64,000 bases of DNA, taken from Nitrospirota bacterium (GTDB lineage Bacteria; Nitrospirota; Nitrospiria; Nitrospirales; Nitrospiraceae). This document shows positions 10,201-19,919 of the stretch, in pieces (position 1 is the first letter of the stretch; each line of letters opens with the position of its first letter). The notes beneath the pieces are model-generated. The model did not search any database. It saw only the letters and a list, made by a program, of their open reading frames with translations, and was not told where the DNA came from. The stretch lies in NCBI GenBank assembly GCA_963701855.1, contig CAVPBK010000006.1, positions 448,001 to 512,000 on the forward strand. Reading direction: 5' to 3'. Position numbers and translations under genes: made by a program.

Positions 10201-11385
10201 CTACCGTTTACTGGAGAGGACAGGAATTTCTTTTCCGAGTGTCGAGGACCGATCTGATTCAGGCTCAAGGGACTCCCATCCTTCATTCGAGGGAGCAATG
10301 ACCGCCCCGTCTTCTTCAGCATCTTTTTCCTTCGCCATCAGCTCGACCTCGTAAATCAGCGTATCCATCAATTCTTCGATCGGCACTTTTCGGACGAGCT
10401 TGCCCTTCTTGAACAGGATGCCTTTGCCTTCGCCGCCGGCAATTCCGATATCCGCTTCCTTCCCCTCGCCGATCCCGTTCACGACACAGCCGAGGACTGA
10501 CACATTGAGCGGGGTTTTGATATGGCCCAGCTTCTTTTCCAATTCGTTGGCCAATTTCACGACGTCGATCTCGACGCGGCCACAGGTGGGACAGGCAATG
10601 ACATTGATCCCTCGATGGCGCAGTTCAAGCGATTTCAAAATCTCGAACCCCACCTTCACTTCTTCGACCGGATCGGCAGCGAGCGACACGCGCAAGGTAT
10701 CGCCGATGCCCTGCGAGAGTAAGTATCCCAACCCCATGGTGGATTTAACAGCCCCGGTCATTGCCGTTCCCGCCTCTGTAATACCGATGTGCACCGGATA
10801 ATCGGACTGGTGCGCAAACAACCAATAGGCATCGATCGCATGGTGCACATCCGACGCCTTCAGCGACACCTTCATGTTCGTGAATCCCACGTCTTCTAAC
10901 GCGTGGACGGCATTGAGCGCCGATTCAGCCAAGGCTTCCGGGGATGGCCAGCCGTACTTATCCAGCAACGGCCGCTCGAGCGACCCGCCATTTACGCCGA
11001 TGCGCAAAGGAATGCCCCGCTCGTTCACGGCCTTGATGACCTCTTCGACTTTCCACCAGGCCCCGATGTTGCCGGGGTTGATCCGGACGCAGTCCACGAC
11101 CGCAGCTGCTTTCAATGCCAGTCGATGGTCAAAATGGATATCTGCGATCAGCGGCACGGTCATTGCCGCTTTGATCTTGGGAAGCACTGCCGCCGCTGCA
11201 TCGTCCGGCACGGCGACGCGGATCACTTCGCACCCTGCGGCTTCCAGCTGGCGAATTTGCTCGATCGTCGCCGCAGTATCGCGCGTATCGGTCGAACACA
11301 TCGACTGCACGGACACGGGCGCATCTCCACCGATCTTGAGCTTGCCGACCGTGATCTGTTTGGTTTTTCGTCTGGTAATGTGCAT
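10201..11385 (-). CDS. ispG: HMBPP synthase
   Basis: VQSM, RINPGNIG, GIGDTLRVSL, ACPTCGR, GCVVNG. Confidence 0.97.
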   Translation of the reverse strand: MHITRRKTKQITVGKLKIGGDAPVSVQSMCSTDTRDTAATIEQIRQLEAAGCEVIRVAVPDDAAAAVLPKIKAAMTVPLIADIHFDHRLALKAAAVVDCVRINPGNIGAWWKVEEVIKAVNERGIPLRIGVNGGSLERPLLDKYGWPSPEALAESALNAVHALEDVGFTNMKVSLKASDVHHAIDAYWLFAHQSDYPVHIGITEAGTAMTGAVKSTMGLGYLLSQGIGDTLRVSLAADPVEEVKVGFEILKSLELRHRGINVIACPTCGRVEIDVVKLANELEKKLGHIKTPLNVSVLGCVVNGIGEGKEADIGIAGGEGKGILFKKGKLVRKVPIEELMDTLIYEVELMAKEKDAEEDGAVIAPSNEGWESLEPESDRSSTLGKEIPVLSSKR

Positions 11386-11604
11386 CGTGTTTTTTGTTGC
11401 CTTCGTTGTAACTGCTCAGGTGTTCAGGCTGAAGGCTGAAGGCTATAAATGATCTCGCAGAGTACGAACCTAGCCATTCAGCACCTTCCCGGTTTCTACG
11501 GCCTTGGGTTCAAACAGAGATGAATCCTCGTTGCGCAAAAACCCAACCCCTAAAAACATTCAGCCTATCTACCTGAGTCGCTACCCCTCGTTTCGCGCCT
11601 TCAA

Positions 11605-13554
11605 TCAGCTTCCCTGTTCATCTCCGTGCGGCAGCCGATCGGTCGATGAAGTCAGGGTGAACTCCTCTCGTGAGGAGGCCGGTGTCTTGTCGATGAGTTC
11701 CTTCACGCTTTGATAAATGCCTTCCGCCGTCAGCCCATATCGTTCACGCAGGAAGTCCTGCGGCCCTTGCTCGATGTACCGATCCGGCAATCCCAAGACC
11801 TTCGTCGTCACGTTCGTCACGCCGCCGTCGGATAGTGCTTCGAGCACGGCTGAGCCGAATCCACCCATCTTGCAGCCTTCCTCAACCGTCACCACATAGC
11901 GAACGCGCTTGGCTACCTTGACGATCAAGTCCTGATCCAGTGGCTTCACGAAACGCGCATTCACTACCGCTGTGGATATACCTTCTTCTTCAAGCTGTTT
12001 CGCCGCCGTCACCGCATGCGAGACCGGCACACCAATGGCCACGATCGCCACCTCCGTGCCATCGCGCAACAACTCGCCCTTCCCGATCGGCAACACCTTC
12101 GGCTCCTGATCCATCGTGACGCCCAAGGTCAACCCGCGCGGATACCGCACCGAGGCAGGCCCGTCATACTGGATGCATGTTTTCAACATATGCTGCAATT
12201 CATTTTCATCCTTCGGCGCCATGACGACCATATTCGGCATGTGGCGCAGAAACGCATAATCGAATGCGCCGTGGTGCGTTGTCCCGTCTTCCGCAACCAG
12301 CCCTCCACGATCGATACAAAAGGTCACCGGGAGATTTTGCGTGGCGACATCATGCACGACCTGGTCGTACGCGCGCTGTAAAAAAGTGGCATACATCGCC
12401 ACCACCGGGCGGAGGCCTTGCGTCGCAAGACCCGCAGCAAATGTTACCGCGTGCTGTTCGGCAATTCCCACGTCGTAGAGCCGGTCCGGAAATTCCTTTT
12501 CGAAAACATTGAGACCGGTCCCTTCGCACATCGCAGCCGTAATCGCGACGATCCGCTTGTCCGCTCGAGCCAGCTTCACCAACGATTCGATGGCGATCTG
12601 CGTATAGGACGGCCGCGCCGCTTTCTTCGCCGGGGCTCCGGTTTCCCGAACAAACGGCGGGCAGGCATGGAACCATACCGGATTCTTCACCGCAGGCTCA
12701 TAGCCCAGCCCTTTTTTCGTAATAACATGGAGCAATACCGGCCCCTTCATCTTCAGCACATTTTCCAAGGTGGGCAGCAGGTGCTCGAAATTATGCCCGT
12801 CAATCGGCCCTGTATAGGTGAACCCAAGCTCTTCAAAAAGCAGCCCGGGGAGGATCGCTCCTTTGGCCAGCTCTTCAGCCCGGCGAGCCCACTTCTGCAT
12901 ATCTGATCCAATATGGGGAATCTTCCTCAACAGTTGTCCGGTTTCCTCCCGCATCTTGCCATAAAACTCGCCGGTAAAAGTCCGGTTCAAATAGGAGGAA
13001 ATGGCCCCCACGTTCTTCGAGATGGACATTTGATTGTCGTTCAGAATGACCAGGAAATCTTTCCCCAGCCCTCCGGCATGATGCAGGCCTTCCAGCGTCA
13101 TACCAGCCGTCATAGCGCCATCGCCGACGATGCAGACGACCTTGTGTCGCTGTTTCAACTGCTCACGCGCTTCAACCATACCGTAGGCCGCGGATACGCC
13201 GGTTCCTGCATGGCCTGCGTTGAATGTATCGTAGGCGCTCTCTTCGCGTTTGGTGAACCCGCTCAACCCCCCGTACTGTCGAAGTGTGTGAAATCGTTCT
13301 CGACGCCCGGTGAGTAGTTTATGCGCATAGGCTTGATTACTCGTGTCCCATACGATCTTATCCTTTGGAGGATTGAGCAAGGAGTGCAATGCCACTGTGA
13401 GTTCAATCACTCCAAGGTTCGAGGCGAGGTGCCCTCCGACGTTGGACACCACGCCGATAATCTGTTCGCGCAGTTCCTGACACAAGGCAGGAAACTGCGT
13501 CGGTGACAGCCGCTTCAGATCAGCTGGGCCTTGAATGGTCTTTAAGATTGACAT
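11605..13554 (-). CDS. dxs: 1-deoxy-D-xylulose-5-phosphate synthase
   Basis: GGHLASNLG, GDGAMTAG...ND, DVGIAEQHAV, DGTTHHG. Confidence 0.97.
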   Translation of the reverse strand: MSILKTIQGPADLKRLSPTQFPALCQELREQIIGVVSNVGGHLASNLGVIELTVALHSLLNPPKDKIVWDTSNQAYAHKLLTGRRERFHTLRQYGGLSGFTKREESAYDTFNAGHAGTGVSAAYGMVEAREQLKQRHKVVCIVGDGAMTAGMTLEGLHHAGGLGKDFLVILNDNQMSISKNVGAISSYLNRTFTGEFYGKMREETGQLLRKIPHIGSDMQKWARRAEELAKGAILPGLLFEELGFTYTGPIDGHNFEHLLPTLENVLKMKGPVLLHVITKKGLGYEPAVKNPVWFHACPPFVRETGAPAKKAARPSYTQIAIESLVKLARADKRIVAITAAMCEGTGLNVFEKEFPDRLYDVGIAEQHAVTFAAGLATQGLRPVVAMYATFLQRAYDQVVHDVATQNLPVTFCIDRGGLVAEDGTTHHGAFDYAFLRHMPNMVVMAPKDENELQHMLKTCIQYDGPASVRYPRGLTLGVTMDQEPKVLPIGKGELLRDGTEVAIVAIGVPVSHAVTAAKQLEEEGISTAVVNARFVKPLDQDLIVKVAKRVRYVVTVEEGCKMGGFGSAVLEALSDGGVTNVTTKVLGLPDRYIEQGPQDFLRERYGLTAEGIYQSVKELIDKTPASSREEFTLTSSTDRLPHGDEQGS

Positions 13555-13717
13555 GGCGAATGCTCCTTTACGTCAATGCGTACGTCTATAACAATGAGCT
13601 GGCTCAGATAAGCATTGGCGAAGTGATGTGGCAGCTTAACCGCTGGCAGGAGGAAGTTTCACACGGAAGGCCTATGTTGTCAAGTGCTTAGCCATGAAGC
13701 TTAGCTCATTGACGATT

Positions 13718-14740
13718 CTAGCCTGGTTCGAACCGATAGGTGAGTACTGTTGAAAGGGTAAAGTCTGCAGCACTCCCGGTAATAAAATCGAGATTTTCCA
13801 CCCCGTACACTTGCCACAAGAACCGCGGGGCTACGCGATAGCTGAACCCCAGGACTGATTCTGTCACACCTTGGTCGAATACAGGTGAGCCGGTCCCGGA
13901 AAACGGCGACGAATAGTAGTCAAAGTGGGTCGTGATCGACAGGTTCTCCGACCATAAGTATTCAATGGCGGCAAGCCCGGACAGAGTGGGCCGTAAGCCA
14001 AAGCCTGCTATGGTGCCGGTCGGGACGACTCCAGTCATGTTCGCATAGAGTAGCCATCGGCCAGCCACAAGCTTTTCAGCCGCCAGACCCAAACCGAAAT
14101 CCGGACTCCCGCTTCCGAAAAAATCCGCTTGATTCCCCGTCGGTAACTTCACTGCGCCGCGGAGCGAAACAGCCGGCATCGCTGCCCCTTCCGTCAGGAG
14201 TTGATACTTACTCATCAGTGTTGTATCCCCCAACCCCATGGCGCCAGGACCTCCGCCCATGATTGTTTGTCCGTTTCGACTGACATTAAACAAGAAGCTG
14301 GAATTCTTAAACGCCGCTCGTGCCGGATTCTCGCCAGTCGTTGCCCGCTCGGTCGCAGTAATGGCTCCATTCATAAATCCCTGATACCGGTAGAGCACCG
14401 GTACTTCCAGCCCAAGCTCCAATTTGTCCGTGGCGCCATAACGAAGGAAGAGACCGGATCTGAGAGTTTCAAATTTAACGTTCACGTTGATCGGCGGCGT
14501 ATTATCATTATAGATACTCGCAGTCTCAGCAAGTTCCAACCGCACATCGACCGTACCCGGTTTCACGACGGCGGCACGATCGCCGGGAAGACTCAACACC
14601 AACTGCTGAAAGGCCTGGAAGTTTCTGACTGGGAATGGACCGAACCCCTCTGCCCTAACCGGTACAGGCTGGGGAAAGATGGAGAGAAGGAGTGCGGCTA
14701 AGACTACTTGATAAACCACCAACGATAACCGGACTTTCAC
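13718..14740 (-). CDS. Outer-membrane beta-barrel protein (DUF3187-like)
   Basis: Signal peptide, GPFPVRN, GLGD...VKLPTG...GSG pattern, C-terminal LTYRF strand. Confidence 0.7.
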   Translation of the reverse strand: MKVRLSLVVYQVVLAALLLSIFPQPVPVRAEGFGPFPVRNFQAFQQLVLSLPGDRAAVVKPGTVDVRLELAETASIYNDNTPPINVNVKFETLRSGLFLRYGATDKLELGLEVPVLYRYQGFMNGAITATERATTGENPARAAFKNSSFLFNVSRNGQTIMGGGPGAMGLGDTTLMSKYQLLTEGAAMPAVSLRGAVKLPTGNQADFFGSGSPDFGLGLAAEKLVAGRWLLYANMTGVVPTGTIAGFGLRPTLSGLAAIEYLWSENLSITTHFDYYSSPFSGTGSPVFDQGVTESVLGFSYRVAPRFLWQVYGVENLDFITGSAADFTLSTVLTYRFEPG

Positions 14741-14888
14741 AGCATCCCCTGCCCCCCGGTAATCCAGGTTGATGAGCTTATCCCAGCCTCACAGCATTTG
14801 AGGACGCACCCATTCGCTGCAAGCTGACAGCCTACGTTCGTTAGCAGGCAGTCAATAGTAAACTCCGGATGATCCCAACAGGTCTGTT

Positions 14889-14903
14889 GCGTCTCAAGTG
14901 CCA
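14889..14903 (-). promoter_or_regulatory. Possible sigma-54 (-24/-12) promoter
   Basis: TGGCACTTGAGACGC = GG-N10-GC, ~150 bp upstream of 14740. Confidence 0.45.
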
Positions 14904-15105
14904 TAACGTGTTGCGCAAGGTAATGTGGGGAAGGGATGCGTGGCTATCCCTCAAGAGGTGGGGAGTTTACCTGAAATCGCGTTAATCGCAATACCAAATA
15001 GGGCCGATTCACCGCTGGGCCGCAGTCTGAATGAAAGGGAAAGGACGAATGCGGCGAGAACGCTGGAACAACATCATGGACCTGCATACCTAATGCGACT
15101 ACCCA

Positions 15106-16317
15106 TCAGTACGGGAAGTCGAGCCCGGCAAAGACCGCACCACCCTCCCGGCTGTAGCCGTAATCGACCCGCCCAACGACATTGGGCTTGACGAGTCCAC
15201 GGAACCCGATACCCGGAGTCATGCGGTATTCCTTAAAGCTGACGTCATTGAAACTATTGAAGACCTGCCCGGTGTCCAAAAACGGCGCCATCTCAAAGTC
15301 CGCCGTTGCCCCAGCAATCTTCATTCGCACCAGATGAATACGCTCTTCAATACTCCACGCGACAAGATTCTTATCGATGAAGCGGTCCACACCATAGCCT
15401 CGCAGATTGTTCTGTCCTCCCAACGAACTTTGCTCGAAGAACGGCACCTGATCCCCGATGGTGGCTTGAAGGTCCGCCCGCATGACGAGAATCGCGCGCT
15501 TCGAGTCACTCGGGAGCAGCTTCTTGACCTCAAGCTCATAGCGGGAGTAGACGGGATGATCGCCGTTGCGGATATTCTGGTTCACCTCCGCATAAGCCGT
15601 AACGGCCATTCCGTCGGTGGGTGAAACAAGGCTGTTCCGCGTATCGTAATGGAACGTCGCACGGTTCCCGAAAATGAGCGTCTCACCTTGAACGCCGTCG
15701 ACGGAGGGGAACTGTTCGCCCGTAAATGGAAGATCCGTTGCGCCCCTCTGCAGACTCACTTGGCGAAATCGCTGACCAACGGAGATCTGCGTCACCTCAT
15801 TCACATGAACCCCGAATCGCCAGTTCACCCGTCCTTCACGCGCGGTGTAATTCGATTGTCCCGACTCTGATGTCGAATCCCCTAAGCCGAAAAACCGAGC
15901 GGTGGCGTTTTTGAAAAACGTGGCACTGAAGTTCAAGGAGTAGCGCCCCTGACTGAAAGCCGGATCGGCGTAACTGAACAACACTTTGCGCTCGATCTTT
16001 TCCGCGGCCGATACGATAAGCCGCATTTCTCGCCCTCCTGGCTCGTATTGAAACAGATTGATCGCCCCGCGCGTCCCAACGATGGAATTATGAATGAGCA
16101 TCGGAGCGAGGAGGTACCTGAGCTCTCCATCAGGATCAGTTTTTAGAATCGGAACAATCAACCCGGCATCGTTCCCATCGTTCTTGCTGGTGGATACGGC
16201 AGGAATCGGAAAGTATTCGACCCCGGCTCCTCCATCCTCCGGCAGCAAGATAACACTCGCCGCGAGGAACACGAGGGCAGCGGCAATGAAGCCGCGCAGG
16301 CTTGTCATGGAATTCAT
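15106..16317 (-). CDS. Omp85/BamA-TamA family barrel without POTRA domains
   Basis: SLGGQNNLRGY loop-6 motif, RVDYGYS, aromatic C-terminus; only 403 aa. Confidence 0.8.
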   Translation of the reverse strand: MNSMTSLRGFIAAALVFLAASVILLPEDGGAGVEYFPIPAVSTSKNDGNDAGLIVPILKTDPDGELRYLLAPMLIHNSIVGTRGAINLFQYEPGGREMRLIVSAAEKIERKVLFSYADPAFSQGRYSLNFSATFFKNATARFFGLGDSTSESGQSNYTAREGRVNWRFGVHVNEVTQISVGQRFRQVSLQRGATDLPFTGEQFPSVDGVQGETLIFGNRATFHYDTRNSLVSPTDGMAVTAYAEVNQNIRNGDHPVYSRYELEVKKLLPSDSKRAILVMRADLQATIGDQVPFFEQSSLGGQNNLRGYGVDRFIDKNLVAWSIEERIHLVRMKIAGATADFEMAPFLDTGQVFNSFNDVSFKEYRMTPGIGFRGLVKPNVVGRVDYGYSREGGAVFAGLDFPY

Positions 16318-16325
16318 GGAAGGAG

Positions 16326-16979
16326 TTATGGGGCTTTAATCTTATCGGATTTCTTGCGAAGCTGGTCCACCAAGTCGGCGAAGGTTGAAGTACGGAGGAT
16401 CTTCGAGAACTGCCCTCTGTAATTATTTACTAAACTGACACCGTCCACCACCACATCATACACTCGCCAATCGCCACCCTTGTTGAGCAAGCGGTAGTCA
16501 AGCGGAATTTCGGTCTTGCCGGTCAACACCTTTGTCCTGACTTCAGCGTAGTCTTTCTCAGTCCGTTCATTGATATACTGCACACCTTCTCCGGAATAGG
16601 TTTCAATCTTGTCGGCGTAGGAATTGGTCAATAATGTCTTGAACAGTACGACAAATTCTTGCTTGTCTTTGTCGGACAGCGTATTCCAAGGAGCCCCCAG
16701 CGCCCGCCTCGACATTTCTGGATAGTCGAACCGATCCCCGATGACCTGTTCCAATCGCTGTCGGCGCTCTTCGGCTTTCCCCGGCTGTTTGAGTTCCTTG
16801 TCCTGAACGATTTTCAGTACCTCGTCGATGGTGCTTTTCATGGCCTCAGTCGCGCCACCTGCCACTGCCGGCTGAATGGCCACCCCGCCAAGCAGCAACA
16901 GCAGACAGGCCATCCCGCTCGCGACCCTACCCCAATGCCATCTCTGCTTTTGTGTAACGGCAGATCCCTGGATCTCCAT
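16326..16979 (-). CDS. mlaC: MlaC/Ttg2D (HpnM-like) periplasmic lipid shuttle
   Basis: FDYPEMSRRALG, WRVYDVVVDGVSLVNNYRGQF. Confidence 0.9.
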   Translation of the reverse strand: MEIQGSAVTQKQRWHWGRVASGMACLLLLLGGVAIQPAVAGGATEAMKSTIDEVLKIVQDKELKQPGKAEERRQRLEQVIGDRFDYPEMSRRALGAPWNTLSDKDKQEFVVLFKTLLTNSYADKIETYSGEGVQYINERTEKDYAEVRTKVLTGKTEIPLDYRLLNKGGDWRVYDVVVDGVSLVNNYRGQFSKILRTSTFADLVDQLRKKSDKIKAP

Positions 16980-17025
16980 GTATTCTCTCCCTGTGTATGC
17001 CCACATGCTTTCCTTGATCAGTCCA

Positions 17026-17469
17026 TCACTTCACGTTGCCATGAACAAACTGACTCACCAACTCCTCAAGATCGAGACCCGATTCGGTATCGCGTATCGT
17101 ATCCCCCGGCTTGAGTGGATCGCCTCCTCCTCCCGGAGATAGGGCCAAAAATTTCTCTCCGATGATGCCTCGCGTCTTGATAGAGGCAATGGTATCCGTA
17201 TAGAGCTTGATGGTGTTGTTGACCGCCAGTTTCACCATCGCACGATCCTGGTTGAGCGTAATCCCTCGGACCCTGCCGACTTCAACACCGGCGATTTCGA
17301 TCGTCGAACCCGGTTTGAGCCCCGAGGCACTGTTGAATTGCGCCTCGACTTCGTAGACGTCGCCACTGATCATCTCAAGTTTCCCGAGCTTGACCGACAG
17401 ATACCCGAGACACAATAGGCCGATGAGCACGAACACGCCGACCACCAGCTCCAACTTGGTTTTTTCCAT
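17026..17469 (-). CDS. mlaD: MCE-domain protein
   Basis: N-terminal TM, SASGLKPGS-IAGVEVGRV, TRGIIGEKFL. Confidence 0.93.
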   Translation of the reverse strand: MEKTKLELVVGVFVLIGLLCLGYLSVKLGKLEMISGDVYEVEAQFNSASGLKPGSTIEIAGVEVGRVRGITLNQDRAMVKLAVNNTIKLYTDTIASIKTRGIIGEKFLALSPGGGGDPLKPGDTIRDTESGLDLEELVSQFVHGNVK

Positions 17470-17489
17470 CCTTGCTACTCCCCTCTCAC

Positions 17490-18245
17490 CTAACCGACGA
17501 GCGACCCCGGCAGCGCCACCGTCCCACCAACTGAAATGAATTCTCGGATCTCCGAATCGGTGGTCCGCTGAAACTCAGCAGCCGTGGCCATCAATGCGAT
17601 TTTGCCTTTCCGAAGCATCGCCACCCAATCAGAAATCCCGAAGATCTCAGGAATTTCATGGCTGACCATGACCGCCGTAAAGCCGAATCGCCGATGCATG
17701 GTGACGATCAGATCGTGAATCGATTTTGCCATCAACGGGTCCAACCCGGTCGTCGGCTCATCGAAGAGGATAATCTCCGGTTCCATGACCAATGCGCGTG
17801 CCAATCCAGCCCGCTTTCGCATGCCACCGCTCAACTCAGCAGGAAACTTGTGCCCCATCCCCGCTAAACCGACTTCCTCCAGCTTCTCCTCGACCCGTCG
17901 CCCTACTTCCGGGCCCTTCATGCGCAACTTCTCCCGCAACGGAAACGCCACGTTCTCGAAGACCGAAAGCGAGTCGAACAATGCTGCCCCCTGAAAGAGC
18001 ATCGCAAATTGTTTCCGCACATCGTTCAAGGGCGTGCCCGACAGCCGGGAGATTTCTACATTGCCCACCCATACCTCGCCGCGATCCGGCTGCATAAGCC
18101 CGATCATGTGCTTGAGGAGCACGCTCTTTCCCTCTCCGCTGCGACCGATAATGGTTGTGAGTTTGCCGACAGGAATCGAGAGATCGACGCCTTGCAGCAC
18201 CGGCTGCCCACCTAACTTCTTTTCGACACCGACCAGCTTGATCAT
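17490..18245 (-). CDS. mlaF: ABC ATPase
   Basis: GRSGEGKS, FQGAALFDS, LSGGMRKR, DEPTTGLDP. Confidence 0.93.
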   Translation of the reverse strand: MIKLVGVEKKLGGQPVLQGVDLSIPVGKLTTIIGRSGEGKSVLLKHMIGLMQPDRGEVWVGNVEISRLSGTPLNDVRKQFAMLFQGAALFDSLSVFENVAFPLREKLRMKGPEVGRRVEEKLEEVGLAGMGHKFPAELSGGMRKRAGLARALVMEPEIILFDEPTTGLDPLMAKSIHDLIVTMHRRFGFTAVMVSHEIPEIFGISDWVAMLRKGKIALMATAAEFQRTTDSEIREFISVGGTVALPGSLVG

Positions 18246-18318
18246 CGTCTCTCTTCACTGCTACAACTCGCCGCGGTCCATACTCTACTCATACTCAGCA
18301 CTCACACCTCAGCACTTT

Positions 18319-19089
18319 CTACAGCAGCAGCGACGTCAAGATATAGTCCCCTACGAGAATGAGCACCGACGACAAAACCACCGCCTCCGTCGTCGCGCTC
18401 CCAAGCCCCTCGGCGCTCTGCCTCGTGTAGAACCCTTTATAGCAGCAGACCCAACTGACAATCAGCCCAAAGCTGATCGACTTGAGAATGCCGCCGTAGA
18501 CATCTTTCCATTCCACAGCCGATTGAACCGAATTCCAATAGGCCCCTTCGCTCACACCCAACAAGTCCACTCCGACGAGGGAGCCGCCATAGATACCGAC
18601 CACATCGAATATGGCCACAAGCAACGGCACCCCGACCACGCCGGCCACCAATTTCGGTGCGATCAGATATTGCCGCGGATTGATCGCCATGGTATCGAGC
18701 GCATCGATCTGTTCTGTAATCCGCATGATGCCGATCTCAGCGGTCATGGCTGATCCCGCCCTCGCGGTCACCATCAACGCAGCCAGCACCGGCCCCAATT
18801 CCCGAATCATGCTCAACGCCACCGCGGAGCCCAACAACCCCTCGGAACCAAATTTCCTCAAGCTGTAATAGCCTTGAAGCGCCAATACCATCCCCGTAAA
18901 CCCCGCGGTAAGCACGACGACAAATGTGGATCGATATCCGATAAAGTGGAGCTGTTTCATGATTTGATGGAATCGAAACGGAGGCCGCGCCAGCCAGGCA
19001 AACGCCGACAGGACAAACAACAGCATGCGGCCCATCTCCTGTACGCGCATGACAGCCCACGCACCCAGCTGCTCAATCACGTTCGTCAT
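18319..19089 (-). CDS. mlaE: ABC permease
   Basis: IRELGPVLAALMVTARAGSAMTAEIG, EQIDAL, ATTEAVV. Confidence 0.93.
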   Translation of the reverse strand: MTNVIEQLGAWAVMRVQEMGRMLLFVLSAFAWLARPPFRFHQIMKQLHFIGYRSTFVVVLTAGFTGMVLALQGYYSLRKFGSEGLLGSAVALSMIRELGPVLAALMVTARAGSAMTAEIGIMRITEQIDALDTMAINPRQYLIAPKLVAGVVGVPLLVAIFDVVGIYGGSLVGVDLLGVSEGAYWNSVQSAVEWKDVYGGILKSISFGLIVSWVCCYKGFYTRQSAEGLGSATTEAVVLSSVLILVGDYILTSLLL

Positions 19090-19092
19090 CGG

Positions 19093-19866
19093 TTACCTGG
19101 ACGGCCAAAGAGATTCACTGCCTGTCTCCGCATAGCGCTGAAACCATTCTGTCAACCGGCCCCCAGCCACCCGACTCTGCTTTCGCAGCCGATTCAGCCC
19201 TGCGAAGCTGGAGGGGCGGCGAATGAGGGCCTGCATGCCGTTGATCCAGCCAGTGGGCCTGAGAAAGAGATTGAAGTCAAGAGGGAGATCTTCATCCACC
19301 AGATCGGAGACCGTCCGCACGATTGCCATAGGCAGGCCTCGCTCAGCTGCCTCCGCCGCCACTGCCGCACTTTCCATATCAAGCCCGGTCGCATCGGTCA
19401 AACGCCGCAGCCGGTGCTTTTCCTGTGCCTGCCACACCACGGTCCCCGATGATACGACTGTTCCAACCCGCGCGACGAGCCCCGCACCTTGCGCCACGAT
19501 GAGAATGCCTGCGCGTACAGCCCCATCGCAGAGCACACAATCGCTCCCCACCGTCCAGGTTCCTTCACTATGCACAGAAGATACCGCTGTGCCGACGATA
19601 AGGTCTCCCACCTGAGCCGGGACGAGCGCGCAGGCAAAGCCCGTGGATATCACCAGCGACATGGGCTGTGCCTTCAGCACCCTTCCCGCAACAGAGCGAG
19701 TGGCAGTAGGACCGACACCGGTCTGGATGAGCCAAAAGGTGCGACTCCCTTGCTGTCCAATATGACAACGTACTCCGTCGATGGTCGCAACACGATCCAT
19801 TGCGAGCCCACGCCGAACGGCCTGGAGTTCCCAGCGAGTCGCGGCAAAGATGGCGATGGGATTCAC
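19093..19866 (-). CDS. hpnG: Hopanoid-associated nucleoside phosphorylase
   Basis: TGVG, GFACAL, LDMESAAVA, VRTVSD; directly after shc; GTG start at 19866 (longer track ORF overlaps shc). Confidence 0.8.
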   Translation of the reverse strand: MNPIAIFAATRWELQAVRRGLAMDRVATIDGVRCHIGQQGSRTFWLIQTGVGPTATRSVAGRVLKAQPMSLVISTGFACALVPAQVGDLIVGTAVSSVHSEGTWTVGSDCVLCDGAVRAGILIVAQGAGLVARVGTVVSSGTVVWQAQEKHRLRRLTDATGLDMESAAVAAEAAERGLPMAIVRTVSDLVDEDLPLDFNLFLRPTGWINGMQALIRRPSSFAGLNRLRKQSRVAGGRLTEWFQRYAETGSESLWPSR

Positions 19867-19919
19867 CGAAGATCCTGAGAGGGGTTGCCATGCGCCAACG
19901 GATGACGCCGGCGGACTGG

